Shown here piece after piece: positions 27,801 through 38,871 of a DNA stretch of 64,000 nt. Location: assembly GCA_950097015.1 (NCBI GenBank), contig CATNEN010000037.1, forward strand, positions 3,596,001 to 3,660,000, given 5' to 3'. The notes under the pieces were generated by a model. That model had not been told where the DNA came from and searched no databases. It was given only the letters and a program-made list of their open reading frames with translations. The position numbers and the translations under genes are program-made. Origin of the DNA: Macrostomum hystrix (taxonomy: Eukaryota > Animalia > Platyhelminthes). Each line of letters starts with the position of its first letter. Within the stretch, counting starts at the first letter, position 1.

Positions 27801-30800
27801 GACGAAGAAATAGTCAGTCCGAAGTACCGGCCATGCCGCCTAGCCACAGGTAAGCAACATTGATCAGGTGGCATTTTTAATGGGCTTTTTGCATGCTAGA
27901 ATTACCGCCTATTTAGCTCTCCGTATATTTACTTTAGCTAGTGTTTTAACCTATTAAGTTTGATAAATTTGATAAAATATAATAAAAATAACTATTCTTA
28001 TCGCATAATGCAACGGACGCCAGCTTGCAACTGCGTCGGCTCACCGTGTTCAGGTTTGAAAAAAATACTTTTACTCACTTTTAAATCTCAACTGATCTGC
28101 TTCTAGAATCTAGAAGAATGAAGTATTTTATCTTGTTTTGTAATTTCTTTCCTTCTTTTTAACCGTTCTATCAGTGCACATTCTATGTAAGCGTATTCTC
28201 CTTTGTTCTTTTGCCTAAACAGACCAGACAGATTACAACATTTTCTATACATATCGGCTAGAGTTATAAACTTTAGGGGCACTTTTTGCCAGTCACTAAA
28301 CAGCTCTGGCAATAGATTTTCTGCAAGCAGTCTTCTATGACGCTTATACAGCACACAATCAGGAAAATGGCCGCTGATTTTATTGGTCTGGTATTTTTAT
28401 CCGCTTTCTTACAATTATGTTACTCATGTTGAGCTAAACTACTGATTCAGGTTTCTGTTCAGTAGACTATTTGCGCATCTTTTCTCTCGTTTTATTACTT
28501 GGCCGCTATATCTTGTGTATTTTGTACATGCACTTTTAATTGGCCTTTTGATATAGAAATTGCGCTTAGCAACCGAATGAATTACTCACCATCCCCGGTT
28601 CAGGCTGGATCCAATCGAGGCCGGCCAGGTGTTGAACTTCGTCTCGCCGGTGTCCTTCCTGGTTCAGGTGAATCGCATCGACTCGCCAAGCACTCCGACT
28701 CCGCCATCCTCGCCGGCTGTAGGCGCCGGCGGAGTTCCGACTTTGTCATCGGCCGGCTCCCAGCAGCTGCCGTCGTTTCGCTCCCTGCTCTGCCTGATGC
28801 TGCACACCTGCGCCGAGTCGTTAGCGGACGCCTGCTGGGAGCTCAGGCGGATGGGCCGGCAGGCTTTTGTGTCCGTGGGTCAGCTGCTGCTGGCCTACGA
28901 CCGGCGACTGTTTGAGCACACTGTTAGCACGCATCTCAGGTGAGCTGCCTGCTATGCTTCACCAATAATGTCGGATGTCCTCTAATAAAATGCACCTTCG
29001 TTGTAAAATCTCAGGGGATTAATCTTTTGTCGCTTAAGTCTCGCTTAAGATGCCCAGCTATTCTCTAGTTTGTGTCTTCTTCCCGATCCCAGATCCCCGA
29101 TCCCAGATCCCCGATCCCAGATCCCCGATCCCAGATCCCCGATCCCAGATCCCCGATCCCAGATCCCCGATCCCAGATCCCCGATCCCAGATCCCCGATC
29201 CCAGATCCCCGATCCCAGATCCCCGATCCCAGATCCCCGATCCCAGATCCCCGATCCCAGATCCCCGATCCCAGATCCCAAATCCCCGACCTTAAAGTCG
29301 TAATTCCGATGCTCTAACCACCTGCACCCTTGGCAGCATCATAAGAACTATTTTCTACGATTGCAGATACGAGCCCTCAGTGATGACCTTCTGTGTCCTC
29401 TGGATGGTTCGCGACGCACTGCTCAGCCAGACCCGCCATCAACAGCAGCACCAGCAGAAATTGGAAATCCCATCGGCCTGGCTCACATCGTGTCGTCACT
29501 ACCTGACCGAATTTCCCCTCAACTGCGTCAGCATTCACGCCGCCGACGTGCTCCTACTGGCTTCGTCTATGTCAGCGCCCTCGTCTGCGGCGGACGCCGA
29601 TGCCATTGTTCGCTGCCTGCGCGCCATCGACGCAGCGCTAGCTAGCGACGTCGACATCGATCTGACGCTGCTGACAACGCTGAGCGTGACTGCCAGCCCT
29701 GCCGACTTTCTGCTGACCCTCCTGGAGGCCTGCGCGCCGCGGCTCGGCGCTTTCGCCGGTGCCGCCCAACTGGAGAGCGCCGGCCGCCTGCTGCCCCTCT
29801 GCCTCGGCTGGCTGCGCATGGGCCGAGGTCGTCAGCGGCGGACATCGGCGTCGGCTGGCTCGGCGGTTCAACTGCCGACATCGTCCGGACCGTCATCGGC
29901 TGCGGGAGCCGCGGCGGATTCCGCAGAGGCCGGCCGGCTGCTGTTGAACTGCGTGGCCGTCCTGGCTGAACGCGTGGCCACCATTGGCGAGGTGCAAAGC
30001 TGCACTTCTATCGATGGGATTTCCCAGTTTTTTTTTTTATTCCATGGGATTTTCCAGTTTGGATCTCCAATTTAATGGGATTTCCCATTTTGCATCTCCA
30101 ATTCAGCGGGATTTCCCAGTTTGGATATCCTTCATATTCAACGGGACTTCCCAGTTTGGATATCCTTCATATTCAATGGGATTTCCCTGTGTGGATCTAC
30201 TTCATATTCGATGGGATTTCCTTGTTAGGATTTCCTTTTCGGTCGGATTTCCCTGTTTTGATCTTTTTTGGTTGGGATTTCCTTCTTTGTATCTCATATT
30301 CGATGGGATTTTACTGATTGGATTTCCCATTCAATAAGCTCCCCAATACGGCTTTCCCTCTTGGAATCTTCTACTGATTGGGATTTACCAGTTTGCAATT
30401 ATGTTTTAGGGATTCCCCTATTTTGATTTCCAATATCATGAGATTTCGCTGTTAGGAATTTATTTTTTATGGGATTTCTCTTTTTTCCATTTCGATGCCT
30501 ATGCACGTTGTCACAGTAAGTTCAATTAGTTTTCAAAGAGACGTTGCCCATCATGCTTCTTACTTCAAGGTGAAGCCGGGCGCCGGCAATCTGAATGATT
30601 GGACGATGGCGGCCGCGCTGGCCAGCGAATCCCTGGAGCGCCTGGCCGACCTCATGCGCTGCCAGCCTGGAGTTTGGCTGGCCTACAGGCGGCACCTTAT
30701 GTCTGCTCTGCGCTGCCTGCTGCCGATTGCGGCCAACGGCTGCAACCTGCGGGCTGACGGGACGGCGGCAACAGCAGCTGACAATAGTTGGGCGACTGCA

Positions 30801-31655
30801 GAGGCCGCTGCGGCAGCTGCGGCGGCCAGTATTGAAAGCTTGGTGTCCGCCACGGCTTCGCAACTGGTTAAGGTACGCAATAAAATCTCTGGGCAATTGT
30901 AGGATTCATTGAGGGAATCCCCATTGAGGGAATCTCCATCGAGGGAATCTCCATCGAGGGAATCCCAATCGAGGGAATCCCCATTGAGGGAATCCCCATC
31001 GAGGGAATCTCCATCGAGGGAATCCCCATCGAGAGAATCCCCATCGAGGGAATCCGAAATTTTCGAAGTGGGATTTTCTACAAAGATCTGAGTTTCGCTT
31101 TCTTGTCCTCCTTTGTTTGTTGCCACAGATCCCAGACGCTGACAGCTCGCAGATGGATATTGGCAACGGTTCGGCCGGCAAGCTGTCACAGCTACGCGCC
31201 ACCAAGCGTCAGCAGTTTAAACTGTACGCCAGCCAGTCCACCGTGCACTCGGACGATGCGTCCGGCGATTCGGACAATCAGCGCTCGGACGATTCCGACG
31301 GTAAGAAAGAAAAAGTTTACTTAAAATCTTCGATATTCTTAAAGAAATTCTAGACTTTCGTAATTTTAATTAATCTAGGAAATTCTTTGAATCGTCGAAA
31401 TTCTCGAAGTGAACTTTTCTATACATATCGGCCCCTCCGCACCTGCCAGGCGAAGATTCTGTGTACAATCCGTCCAGCACTGGCGGCAGCTACGCCGATA
31501 GGCAGCACCAGCAGCTTCTGCAGCTGCGTCAGCGAGTGGTGAGCAACTGTCTGACCGACGACGAGGACAACGACGGCAGCGACGCGGCCGCCTCAGACTG
31601 GGATTCGAGCAGCGAAGGGGACTCTGATCCCGGCGGACGGCTTCCGGATCAACAG

Positions 31656-31686
<31 letters not shown>

Positions 31687-31856
31687 TCGGAGGTGCTTTC
31701 ATCTCCGAAGCCAGAGAGATTTTCGCGGCCCTCAGGCAGTCGGCGCCGAAGCGTCTCGCCGACTGCGCCAACCGGCTGGAGCTTGAGCAGCGGCAGCGCG
31801 TTGAAGCTCTGACCGCAGCCAGGGAGGCTGCAGGTGAGCCTGAGACACTGCTGTGA
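15806..31856 (+). CDS. Uncharacterised HEAT/ARM-repeat-like protein of about 1250 aa; exons 15806-16308 (1-nt frameshift near 16055), 17371-17709, 17806-17924, 20797-20946, 21574-21645, 21739-21825, 22914-23453, 27650-27709, 27800-27849, 28604-28939, 29367-29991, 30570-30872, 31129-31300, 31450-31856
   Basis: All 13 introns have GT/AG ends with matching phases. Exon lengths sum to a multiple of 3 once one base is removed from exon 1. The translation has amphipathic helical, HEAT-like segments (IWSQIRGSAVSRL, WQATEGGISGL, LTTRETAVKAF, HPASSVRQAASNLY, WEWREGRL). The fold call is inference; the 5' and 3' ends are less certain. Confidence 0.8.
16358..16735 (+). mobile_element. SINE family A copy with a tandemly amplified B-box
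   Basis: A-box TAGTCGAGTGG is followed by 7 x 27-bp units containing GTTCGAATC. The 3' end GGCTGTACATCTGGCCCAATTTGGCTAGGTGTAA matches the family tail. Confidence 0.8.
16788..17340. repeat. Minisatellite, 27-bp CGAGGCTTGAGCAGTTTTGAGTACTAT
   Basis: About 20 copies, ending about 30 bp before the 17370 acceptor. Confidence 0.95.
17975..19395. repeat. Minisatellite, 20-bp TCGTGTACTAGAATG(T/G)GAA(T/AC)
   Basis: About 70 tandem copies. Confidence 0.95.
19905..20735. repeat. Minisatellite, 12-bp GCTAGAATCGCA with variants
   Basis: Tandem copies with an internal duplication of about 180 bp. Confidence 0.9.
21055..21570. repeat. Minisatellite, 22-bp ACCTGCTCTAATTAGTGTAATT
   Basis: About 23 copies running into the 21573 acceptor. 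Confidence 0.95.
21846..22842. repeat. Near-perfect 14-bp satellite GATCCCCGATCCCA (about 70 copies)
   Basis: Only one internal variant seen (near 22513); second array at 29082-29282. Confidence 0.98.
23615..24360. repeat. Minisatellite, 55-bp unit
   Basis: Period 55 measured (CTAGTGGGTC at 24061, 24116, 24171). Confidence 0.95.
25165..25630. repeat. Minisatellite, about 51-bp G-rich unit containing GAGTGAGGTGGGG
   Basis: About 9 tandem copies. Confidence 0.92.
26289..26872 (+). pseudogene. Helitron PIF1-type helicase C-terminal fragment
   Basis: RNDAANEIN..YKSID..YPVEFLNSL..LKVGAPIMLLRNL..LCNGTRL..RLQFPVRVCFAMTINKAQGQSL..FSHGQLYVACSRV..TKNVVY. The N-terminal helicase half and the Rep domain are absent. 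Confidence 0.9.
27025..27298. mobile_element. hAT-type MITE (274 bp) nested in the Helitron
   Basis: Imperfect TIRs CAGAGGCAGAT / CAGTGGCAGAT and a perfect 8-bp TSD ACTGTATA at 27017-27024 and 27299-27306. Confidence 0.85.
29082..29282. repeat. 14-bp satellite GATCCCCGATCCCA
   Basis: About 14 perfect copies. Confidence 0.97.
29283..29330 (-). mobile_element. SINE family A tRNA-head fragment abutting the 14-bp array
   Basis: CCCCGACCTTAAAGTCGTAATTCCGATGCTCTAACCAC resembles the heads of the copies at about 4497-4525 and 13750-13785. Confidence 0.55.
30008..30480. repeat. Degenerate array built on TCGATGGGATTTCCC
   Basis: GGGATTTCC(C) recurs at irregular spacing. Confidence 0.7.
30910..31056. 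repeat. Minisatellite, 15-bp GAGGGAATCCCCATC
   Basis: About 10 tandem copies. Confidence 0.93.
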
Positions 31857-34127
31857 CAGGCGACATCGAGCCCAGGCTGCTCTTGGAGAAGTGAATCGTC
31901 GGTCAATAACCGATTTATCTCTTCATTGAGTCGAAATCTTCCCAGAACACCAAATTAAGCTCGGCCCAATCTCCCTAAATAGCCCCTATCATGTTCAGAA
32001 TGAATGATACATTCAGGCTTGGGCCATTTCGAGCTTAAATAAGCTTTGCATAATAGCATTAGAAGACAAATTTTCAGCAAAGAAGCAGCACTACTCTTAG
32101 TAGAACTGGATATTTTCCGGCTTAGAATCATTTTAGTTCGCGTTTTTAATTAGTTCGCCTTCGCTATGCAATTATATATTTTATCTGACAGCTAAACTCG
32201 TTGCCCACACATTCTTGTTAATCGCTGTGCGATGCAAATTCTCTCGATTTTTCTTCTTTGCACTTTTAAATTAGCCGGTAAAATATTTGTTTTATTGAAC
32301 AATTTAACGCAGCTATCATTTAGTAAAATTAATGATCTACATTTTATAGCTAGCTGTGCAAATTCTTTTATTTTTTATGTCTAAGCATGTGCTAATCCAA
32401 AGTTTCATGTCATTAACGTTATAACTTCTGTGGTTCGTTTATCAGTACTTTTTTACGTTTTGTATTTACTTACATTACTCACATTTGTACGTTTAATTAC
32501 TGCAAATCTATCGGTAATGTTGTTCCTTTGTTCTTGCTTTATTTGCCAGAAAGTTTGTAAAATTTTTAGCTACATCTACTAACTAGTCTCAACTAAATAT
32601 GATTTCTATGTTTTCTTTTTGTACCAATAATTTAAGTAATAGGCCGAGAGAGCAAGCTGGCGAAAGATGAATTTAGAATTTGGTTTCTTCTAACTACTAA
32701 AAGTAGCTAATAAAAGAGCATGTAGCGTTTAAATTTGTAGCAATGACTATACATTTATTAAAAATATTTAAACCGTAAGTTTTTGTTATTACTAGAAAAC
32801 TATTATCGCAATAAATATTTAAAATAATATGCAAACTAATGCAAAGTATAATAATAATATATGTATATGAAACATACGAAAATGTACAATTATCAATTAA
32901 CATCGTTATACAAAAGCTTTTGACTAATCTATAAATCTAATCTGAAAGACTTACTGAAACTTTAACCTAGAAATTTTGTGCACAATTTTTTTTCATTCTA
33001 AAAAACTATATAAATTTCACTTTACTACGTACTCAATTGCAAGTAGTACAGAATGATTTTATTTATTTATTTATTTATTTTATTTAATTAAAGATTTAAT
33101 TATTTTACATGCAAAATCTAGAAATAAGGCTATTTTCTACATCTACACTTGTTTGTTTATTTCTATAGTCTTTGCAACATTGCACTAAATTAGTCATTTT
33201 GTGACAACATGAGCCAAAGCAATTGGAGCGCACAAGTAAATTATGTACAAAAATAATTGATCGTTTTTGTTTTATTTTTATTTGATTTCTCATGGCTGTG
33301 CTTAATTAGTTTTACTGAAATAAAAATTAGATTTTTCGCAAATAAATAAAAACAGCACATTTAGCTCAATACGCAGTTGTCTATTTTCTTTTGCCTTGTC
33401 GTATAAGTTCAAAGCTACATGTAAAGCTCTTTCGTCTCTTGTGCTGACTTTATATCGATACGATCTGTCGCTTTGGCAACGTTTAAATATAAATTATGTG
33501 TCCAACTTTCGCGTCTTGCTACTTGTATTTTTAATTATATTAGTAGTTCTGTGAGGATATTTATCAATTCTATTTTTTTCCGGATCACCGAACATGCAGT
33601 GTCTATGTTCTATCTTTCTATGTTCTTTCTATCTTTGATTGATTTCATAGAAAATCCTGTTTTTCTTTGTGTGTTAGAGTTTAAATTAAATTTTTTCTCT
33701 GCCGCTTTTCTCCAAGTCAATCTACAGACAGACTATAGCTACAGTAAAATAGTCACTCTTGTATGCGCCATTTGTCTTCATTTATTTGAATTCAATTAAT
33801 CGACTCATTTGCGAAAGAAGTCTATGGCCAAAGTTATCTCGACAGGTAAATAATGTGCCTTGCGGAAAATTAACGATTGAACTTAATTAGCACAAATACT
33901 CGTACAAAAGCAATTTTAAAAAATTTCCGACTAACATTTTATTTTGAGCATTCTTGCTACATTTGAGGCTCGTATTGAAAACAAAGTCCTAATGCTTCAA
34001 GTAAAGTACATTCTGGTTTTTCAAATCCTGGTAAGAAATTTCATAATATTCAAAAGTTACCTATAAATTTAATTGTCAAGAACTGACTGCACCTAATATA
34101 CACTCATCTTCACGGCTGACGTCATTC

Positions 34128-34590
34128 ATTTCTCTTGCCCCTACTCGTATGCACAATCGTGCTAGCGGACGTCATTTCTTTCTGTTGCCCATACGCACAA
34201 TCATGCTAGCGGACGTCATTCATCTCTCTTGCCCCTATGCACAATCGTGCTAGCGGACGTCATTTCTTTCTGTTGCCCATACGCACAATCATGCTAGCGG
34301 ACGTCATTCATCTCTCTTGCCCCTATGTACAATCATGCTAGCGGACGTCATTCATCTCTCTTGCCCCTATGTACAATCATGCTAGCGGACGTCATTCATC
34401 TCTCTTGCCCCTATGTACAATCATGCTAGCGGACGTCATTCATCTCTCTTGCCCCTATGTACAATCATGCTAGCGGACGTCATTTATCTCTCTTGCCCCT
34501 ATGTACAATTATGCTAGCGGACGTCATTCCTTTCTGTTGCCCATACGCACAATCATGCTAGCGGACGTCATTCATCTCTCTTGCCCATTT
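34128..34590. repeat. Minisatellite, about 44-47-bp unit GCTAGCGGACGTCATTCATCTCTCTTGCCCCTATGTACAATCAT
   Basis: About 10 tandem copies. Confidence 0.93.
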
Positions 34591-34701
34591 GTACACAATG
34601 CTTAATTACATCACCATTTGTCCTTTAAAATTCCTCTAAATAGCCTGCATCTCAACCAAGTGTTTACTGTACCTTTGTTATTTGAATCAAGCACCTGCTA
34701 G

Positions 34702-37700
34702 GGATTGAGCAGGCCAATTCAGCGGGCAGAAGTGGCGGTGGTAAGGAATTAATCTACCGCATCATCGAGGGGCACCACATGGGCTATTGTGTGCAACTGG
34801 CCACTGGCAGCAGCCTGCAACCAATCGGTTGCCAGGCCGGGTCAGGCGCTTATTACGGGCCACTGCGATGGATTACGCACGAGAATGGCAATTACACTAG
34901 TCCTGGGCGGCGATTGGACGAGAAGGCCGACAACAAAAAGTACATTGGTATAGTCAGTGCCAGCGAGTTTGCAGACCAGTGGCAAAGTAACTTTTCCGAT
35001 TGGCGCAGTGGCAGATTAGTTGGCATCATAGTTCTCCTCCAGCCAGGAGACACCAGCTGGCATCTAAACGAGTTATACATGTGCCGATCACAGAACAACA
35101 CATTTTGCGCTGACGGACTGGCTGGTGTAGCGGCAAAATATTCAATCCCTTTTCCAACTGTTCTGGTTTCGGTGAGGGCTTTTTAGACTTTTATTTGTTA
35201 AATACGATGTCTCGAACTCTCGACCACCTCTGGCAACCCATTTATACCGTAATAAAATTTACTTTGATTGGTAACTGACTAATTACCCTTCCAAAATTTT
35301 GATTGGCTTGCACTCACGACTGGCCTTGAATTCTAACCCTGATGTTAAGATGATTAAATTTCTAACCCTTCCAGCCATCTAATTGGTTGACAATCATGAC
35401 TGGCCTTGAACTCTAACCATGATGTTAAGATGGTTAAATTTCTAACCCTTCCAGCCATCTAATTGGTTGACAATCACGACTGGCCTAGATCCCCTAATCC
35501 TGACTATAAATTCAATTAAATGTCTTTTTGAGCCATCAAATTGGCCGACTATTCGCCGCTTGCCTGAACCCCTGTAATGAACAAATATGTTTGCTTCTAC
35601 TCATCGTCTCTGATTGGCTGACAGGTGAACACTCTACAGGCCGCCACTGGTCTAACTATACAGCGCCTTCGTAATCAGCCTCGGCTCTGGGCCAGTCTGC
35701 ACTTTGGCTACTCCGGTTTGACGAATTCAAAACGCTGCCGCAGGCGTCAGCAAGTCATGTACAGTGCAGCGCTTGGACGTTACATCACTGGCGAGCTGCT
35801 GTTTGAGCCGGAGCTACTCTGCGAGCAACTGGACGGCGAATATCTAGCCTGGACTGTGACTGAGCTACCCAGAAGCTACAAACGCAAGCCGGACAGCGCT
35901 CTGCTGATTCTAGCCAGGCTGGACTCCTTCAGCGTGTTCAGCAACTGGCAGGCGATGGCTGCACATCGGCTGCACGCCGGCCTGGCCGTCGGCCTGGCGC
36001 TGGCCGCCTCCATGGCCGACTTGGTGAGCAGAAAAGGTTCTCTGCCGTCCCTTCCTAATTTTCGTTAATCGCCTGTCTCCCCACTACGTCTATCCCAGTA
36101 TCCAGTCCCTCATTCTCCCATCTCCTTCTCTCTCATCTCCTTCTCTCCCATCTCCTTCTCTCCCATCTCCTTCTCTCTCATCTCCTTCTCTCTCATCTCC
36201 ATATCTTCCTCATCTCCTTCTCCCTTATCTCCTTCTCTCTCATCTCCTGTTCTCTTATCTCTTATCTCTCATTTCCTTCTTTCTCATATCCTTTTCTCTC
36301 ATCTCCTTCTCTCCAATCTCCTTCTCTCTCATCTCCTTCTCTCCAATCTCCTTCTCTCTCATCTCCTTCTCTCTCATCTCTTTTTCTCTCATCTCCTTCT
36401 CTCTCATCTCCTTCTCTCGCCTCTCCTTATCTCTACTTTAGTTCTCTCTAGTCTCTGTGATGAATATCATTGGCTACTACTTTAACAGAACATGAAGACA
36501 GCTTTACCCAACTCATCGTGGTCGGGCCGCGACATCGTTATTCTATTTCTAAACGGTGACAGTTACAATCACCTGGCCAGTCGTCACCTGGCCAATCAGT
36601 TGCTAAGCAACGGATTGTTAGGAAAGAATGGCGAGCCGTCGGTGTTAAAAGCGGAGCACCTGCGCGGTATTTTGGAGATCGACCTGCTGATGGGGAAGGA
36701 CAGCGAAAATGTTGACTTCAAGATTGCCCCGGCTAACACAAAACTGCCCGCCTGGGCCTCGCTTGGCGTCCTTCTACCAGCTACGAATCGTGCGGGTATC
36801 CTGCTTGACGATCCTGCCAAACTCGGCGAAGACAATCACAGATTGTTGCCAGAAAATCTGACAAGGCTTGATCAGCTGACTCGCAGACTCATTGGCCTGG
36901 CGACCGGGTTTCTAAGAACTGGCCATTTAGAATTGAATTACAATCCGTCAAGAATCCCACAGAACGGTATCACTAAAGCTCGGCTGTTGGACATCCGTGA
37001 CTGCCTGGACCAGACGGCCGCCACCGCCACCGCCACCGCCACCGCCACCGCCACCGCCACCGCCACCGCCACCGCCACCGCCACCGCCACCGCCGGTCCT
37101 TCAAGAAGATGCGACGCCCTCACCAAGGGCACCTCCATCCTGAATGGACGAATGCGGTTGGCTCGCAGTCTGCACAGATGGCGAGTCGGTGTCGGCCTGT
37201 CAGCCAGCATTGGACCGCACGGTCCCATTGTGCCAGGCGGCCTAATCAATAGGCAACGGAATACAGCTGGCACAATGCTGCTGGTTGGCAGTCTGCTGCT
37301 GCGCTACACTCTCAAGCCGCTAGGAGTCCATGGCTGTCCTAAACTGGCCGGAGAACACGAGGCCCCTGTCCGGGGCTACGAGGTGAGAGTGCCTTGCAGC
37401 TTGCTCCACTGCTCCACTCCATTGCGTACACTTTCACCGCAAGCCCTCAAGCCTTCTCTCCGCGGCTGCGCCCCAAATGAGTGTGCCGGGAGGGCTGTGG
37501 GCAATGGCGAGTCATTTGGTGAGACCTGCAGCGAGGAGACAATTAAGCCCATTCCACTGACTTCTGAGCACACACTCACACAGGTGTCAGCCCCTCAGGT
37601 CAGCCCCTCAAATGAATGTGGCCCAGAATCGAGCTCAGGACCTTGTCACGTATGATTTTCGATCATGTTTTCTTCGCCGTTTCTTCAGGTTGATCACAAT

Positions 37701-37946
37701 GGCCAGATTGTGTGCCAGTTCAGCTCCCTGGCCAGCGCTCCGTTAGTTCTGGACGCCAGCTCCGATCATGACGACTGGTGGATTACGGTGCAGGACTCGC
37801 AGCCTAGGCTGTCCGTCTTCGCGGTGACGTCACCGTCTGTGCAATGGCTGTCGCTGGCAGCCGGATGCGTCCTGGCCCTGCTGTGGATTCACCTGACGAT
37901 GGCGGCCGCGCTTCACCTGCGGCTGAAGATCTCTGAGACTGAGTAA
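34702..37946 (+). CDS. NCSTN: Nicastrin (gamma-secretase subunit), divergent; exons 34702 (or 34713)-35171, 35625-36023, 36489-37382, 37689-37946; possible signal-peptide exon 33992-34030
   Basis: Motifs occur in nicastrin order: IYRII..YCVQL..PIGCQ, RLVGIIV, FPTVLV, FEPELLCEQL, LILARLDSFSVF, RDIVILFLNGDSYNHLAS. A single C-terminal TM helix (WLSLAAGCVLALLWIHLTMAAAL) precedes a short tail. The three internal introns are phase 0 GT-AG. Confidence 0.85.
35314..35490. repeat. 80-bp tandem duplication (about 2.2 copies) in a nicastrin intron
   Basis: TCA(C/T)GACTGGCC recurs at about 35314, 35394 and 35474. Confidence 0.85.
36105..36440. repeat. CT-rich 15-bp minisatellite TCTCCTTCTCTCTCA
   Basis: Polypyrimidine tandem copies in a nicastrin intron. 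Confidence 0.92.
37020..37091. repeat. Coding (GCCACC)12 microsatellite in a nicastrin exon
   Basis: 12 perfect hexamers, in frame. Confidence 0.97.
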
Positions 37947-38054
37947 ATTGTCTGGAACAGATGCACAGAAATTCAATGCATGCTGCTTCAAAGCGGCTAA
38001 TCAATGACAAATCTATAAAATGCCAATATTATTCAATTGTTTAATTCGTTCGTA

Positions 38055-38310
38055 GCAGTAGAACCACAGGGGGTATTTCAAACAAACACATTTTTTCTGT
38101 CTCCCAAAATATTAAACCAATTAAAAATCCAGATCACAGGCTAAAATTTTCCGATAAAACAACTTCCAGAATCACAAAACATCGGCATAGTCGATATCTT
38201 CAACGATTCTCGTCGGGGTGTGGTGGATTTTTTCACGAAATTCGGTCATTCGGTTTGGGAGCTGTCGTGCAGTAGGCAGTGGGCATTTGAAATGCCCCAG
38301 GGTTCCCCAG
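38055..38310. mobile_element. Non-autonomous element with imperfect terminal inverted repeats (MITE or DINE-1/HINE-like); related copies at about 39065-39770 and 63720-63800
   Basis: ACCACAGGGGGTATTTCAAA ... TTTGAAATGCCCCAGGGTT. The internal TTTCACGAAA(A/T)TCGGTCATTCGGTTTGG is shared with about 39685-39715; TCTCCCAAAATATT is shared with about 63750. Confidence 0.5.
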
Positions 38311-38871
38311 GGGAGAAAATGGCATAGTCTAACTGCTGTTAAAACACAAAAGCGATCAACTATGAACGAATTATATCTGAACAAAGAAATGTTTCTCCTA
38401 GTAGAAAAACAAAACAATTAGAAAATAAATTCGAAAGACAATAATCAGATGTCCCTAGATACTAATTAAACAGAAATATATAGGTTCGGTTTATTAAAAA
38501 ATGTTCTTTCATTTGCTTGCAATGGATACAATTAAACAAAAAAATTAATTAGTTCTGCCACATGTTTACTTCATACAGAAGCGATTAGGAACAGAAAATG
38601 CGACTTGTTTGTTTTTCAAAAATGCATCAAAATGCGTCAAGAGGTCTCATCGGCAATCTCAGTCTGATGAATAGGACGCTTGATCAGATTCTCCTGAAAT
38701 TTGGGATTGGAGCTTTTGTCGATTTCCTGAAAGAAGATGCGTGTTCCAAGAGCGAGACTTGCAATGAGAAACACTGAAACACAAACTCACTCCAAAGGCA
38801 GTTGCTTAGCTCCAAAGTAACACATTTCCGGTTGTCGTCCTGTAATTAAGAAGAAAAAATACTTTTTTTAG

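Noticed and set aside
30008-30480. Cluster of NF-kB consensus sites (GGGATTTCCC)
   Set aside because: Explained as a decayed tandem repeat related to neighbouring arrays; no independent evidence of binding.
37020-37094. Tandem Kozak motifs (GCCACC)n as a translation element
   Set aside because: No ATG follows, and the tract lies mid-exon in frame.
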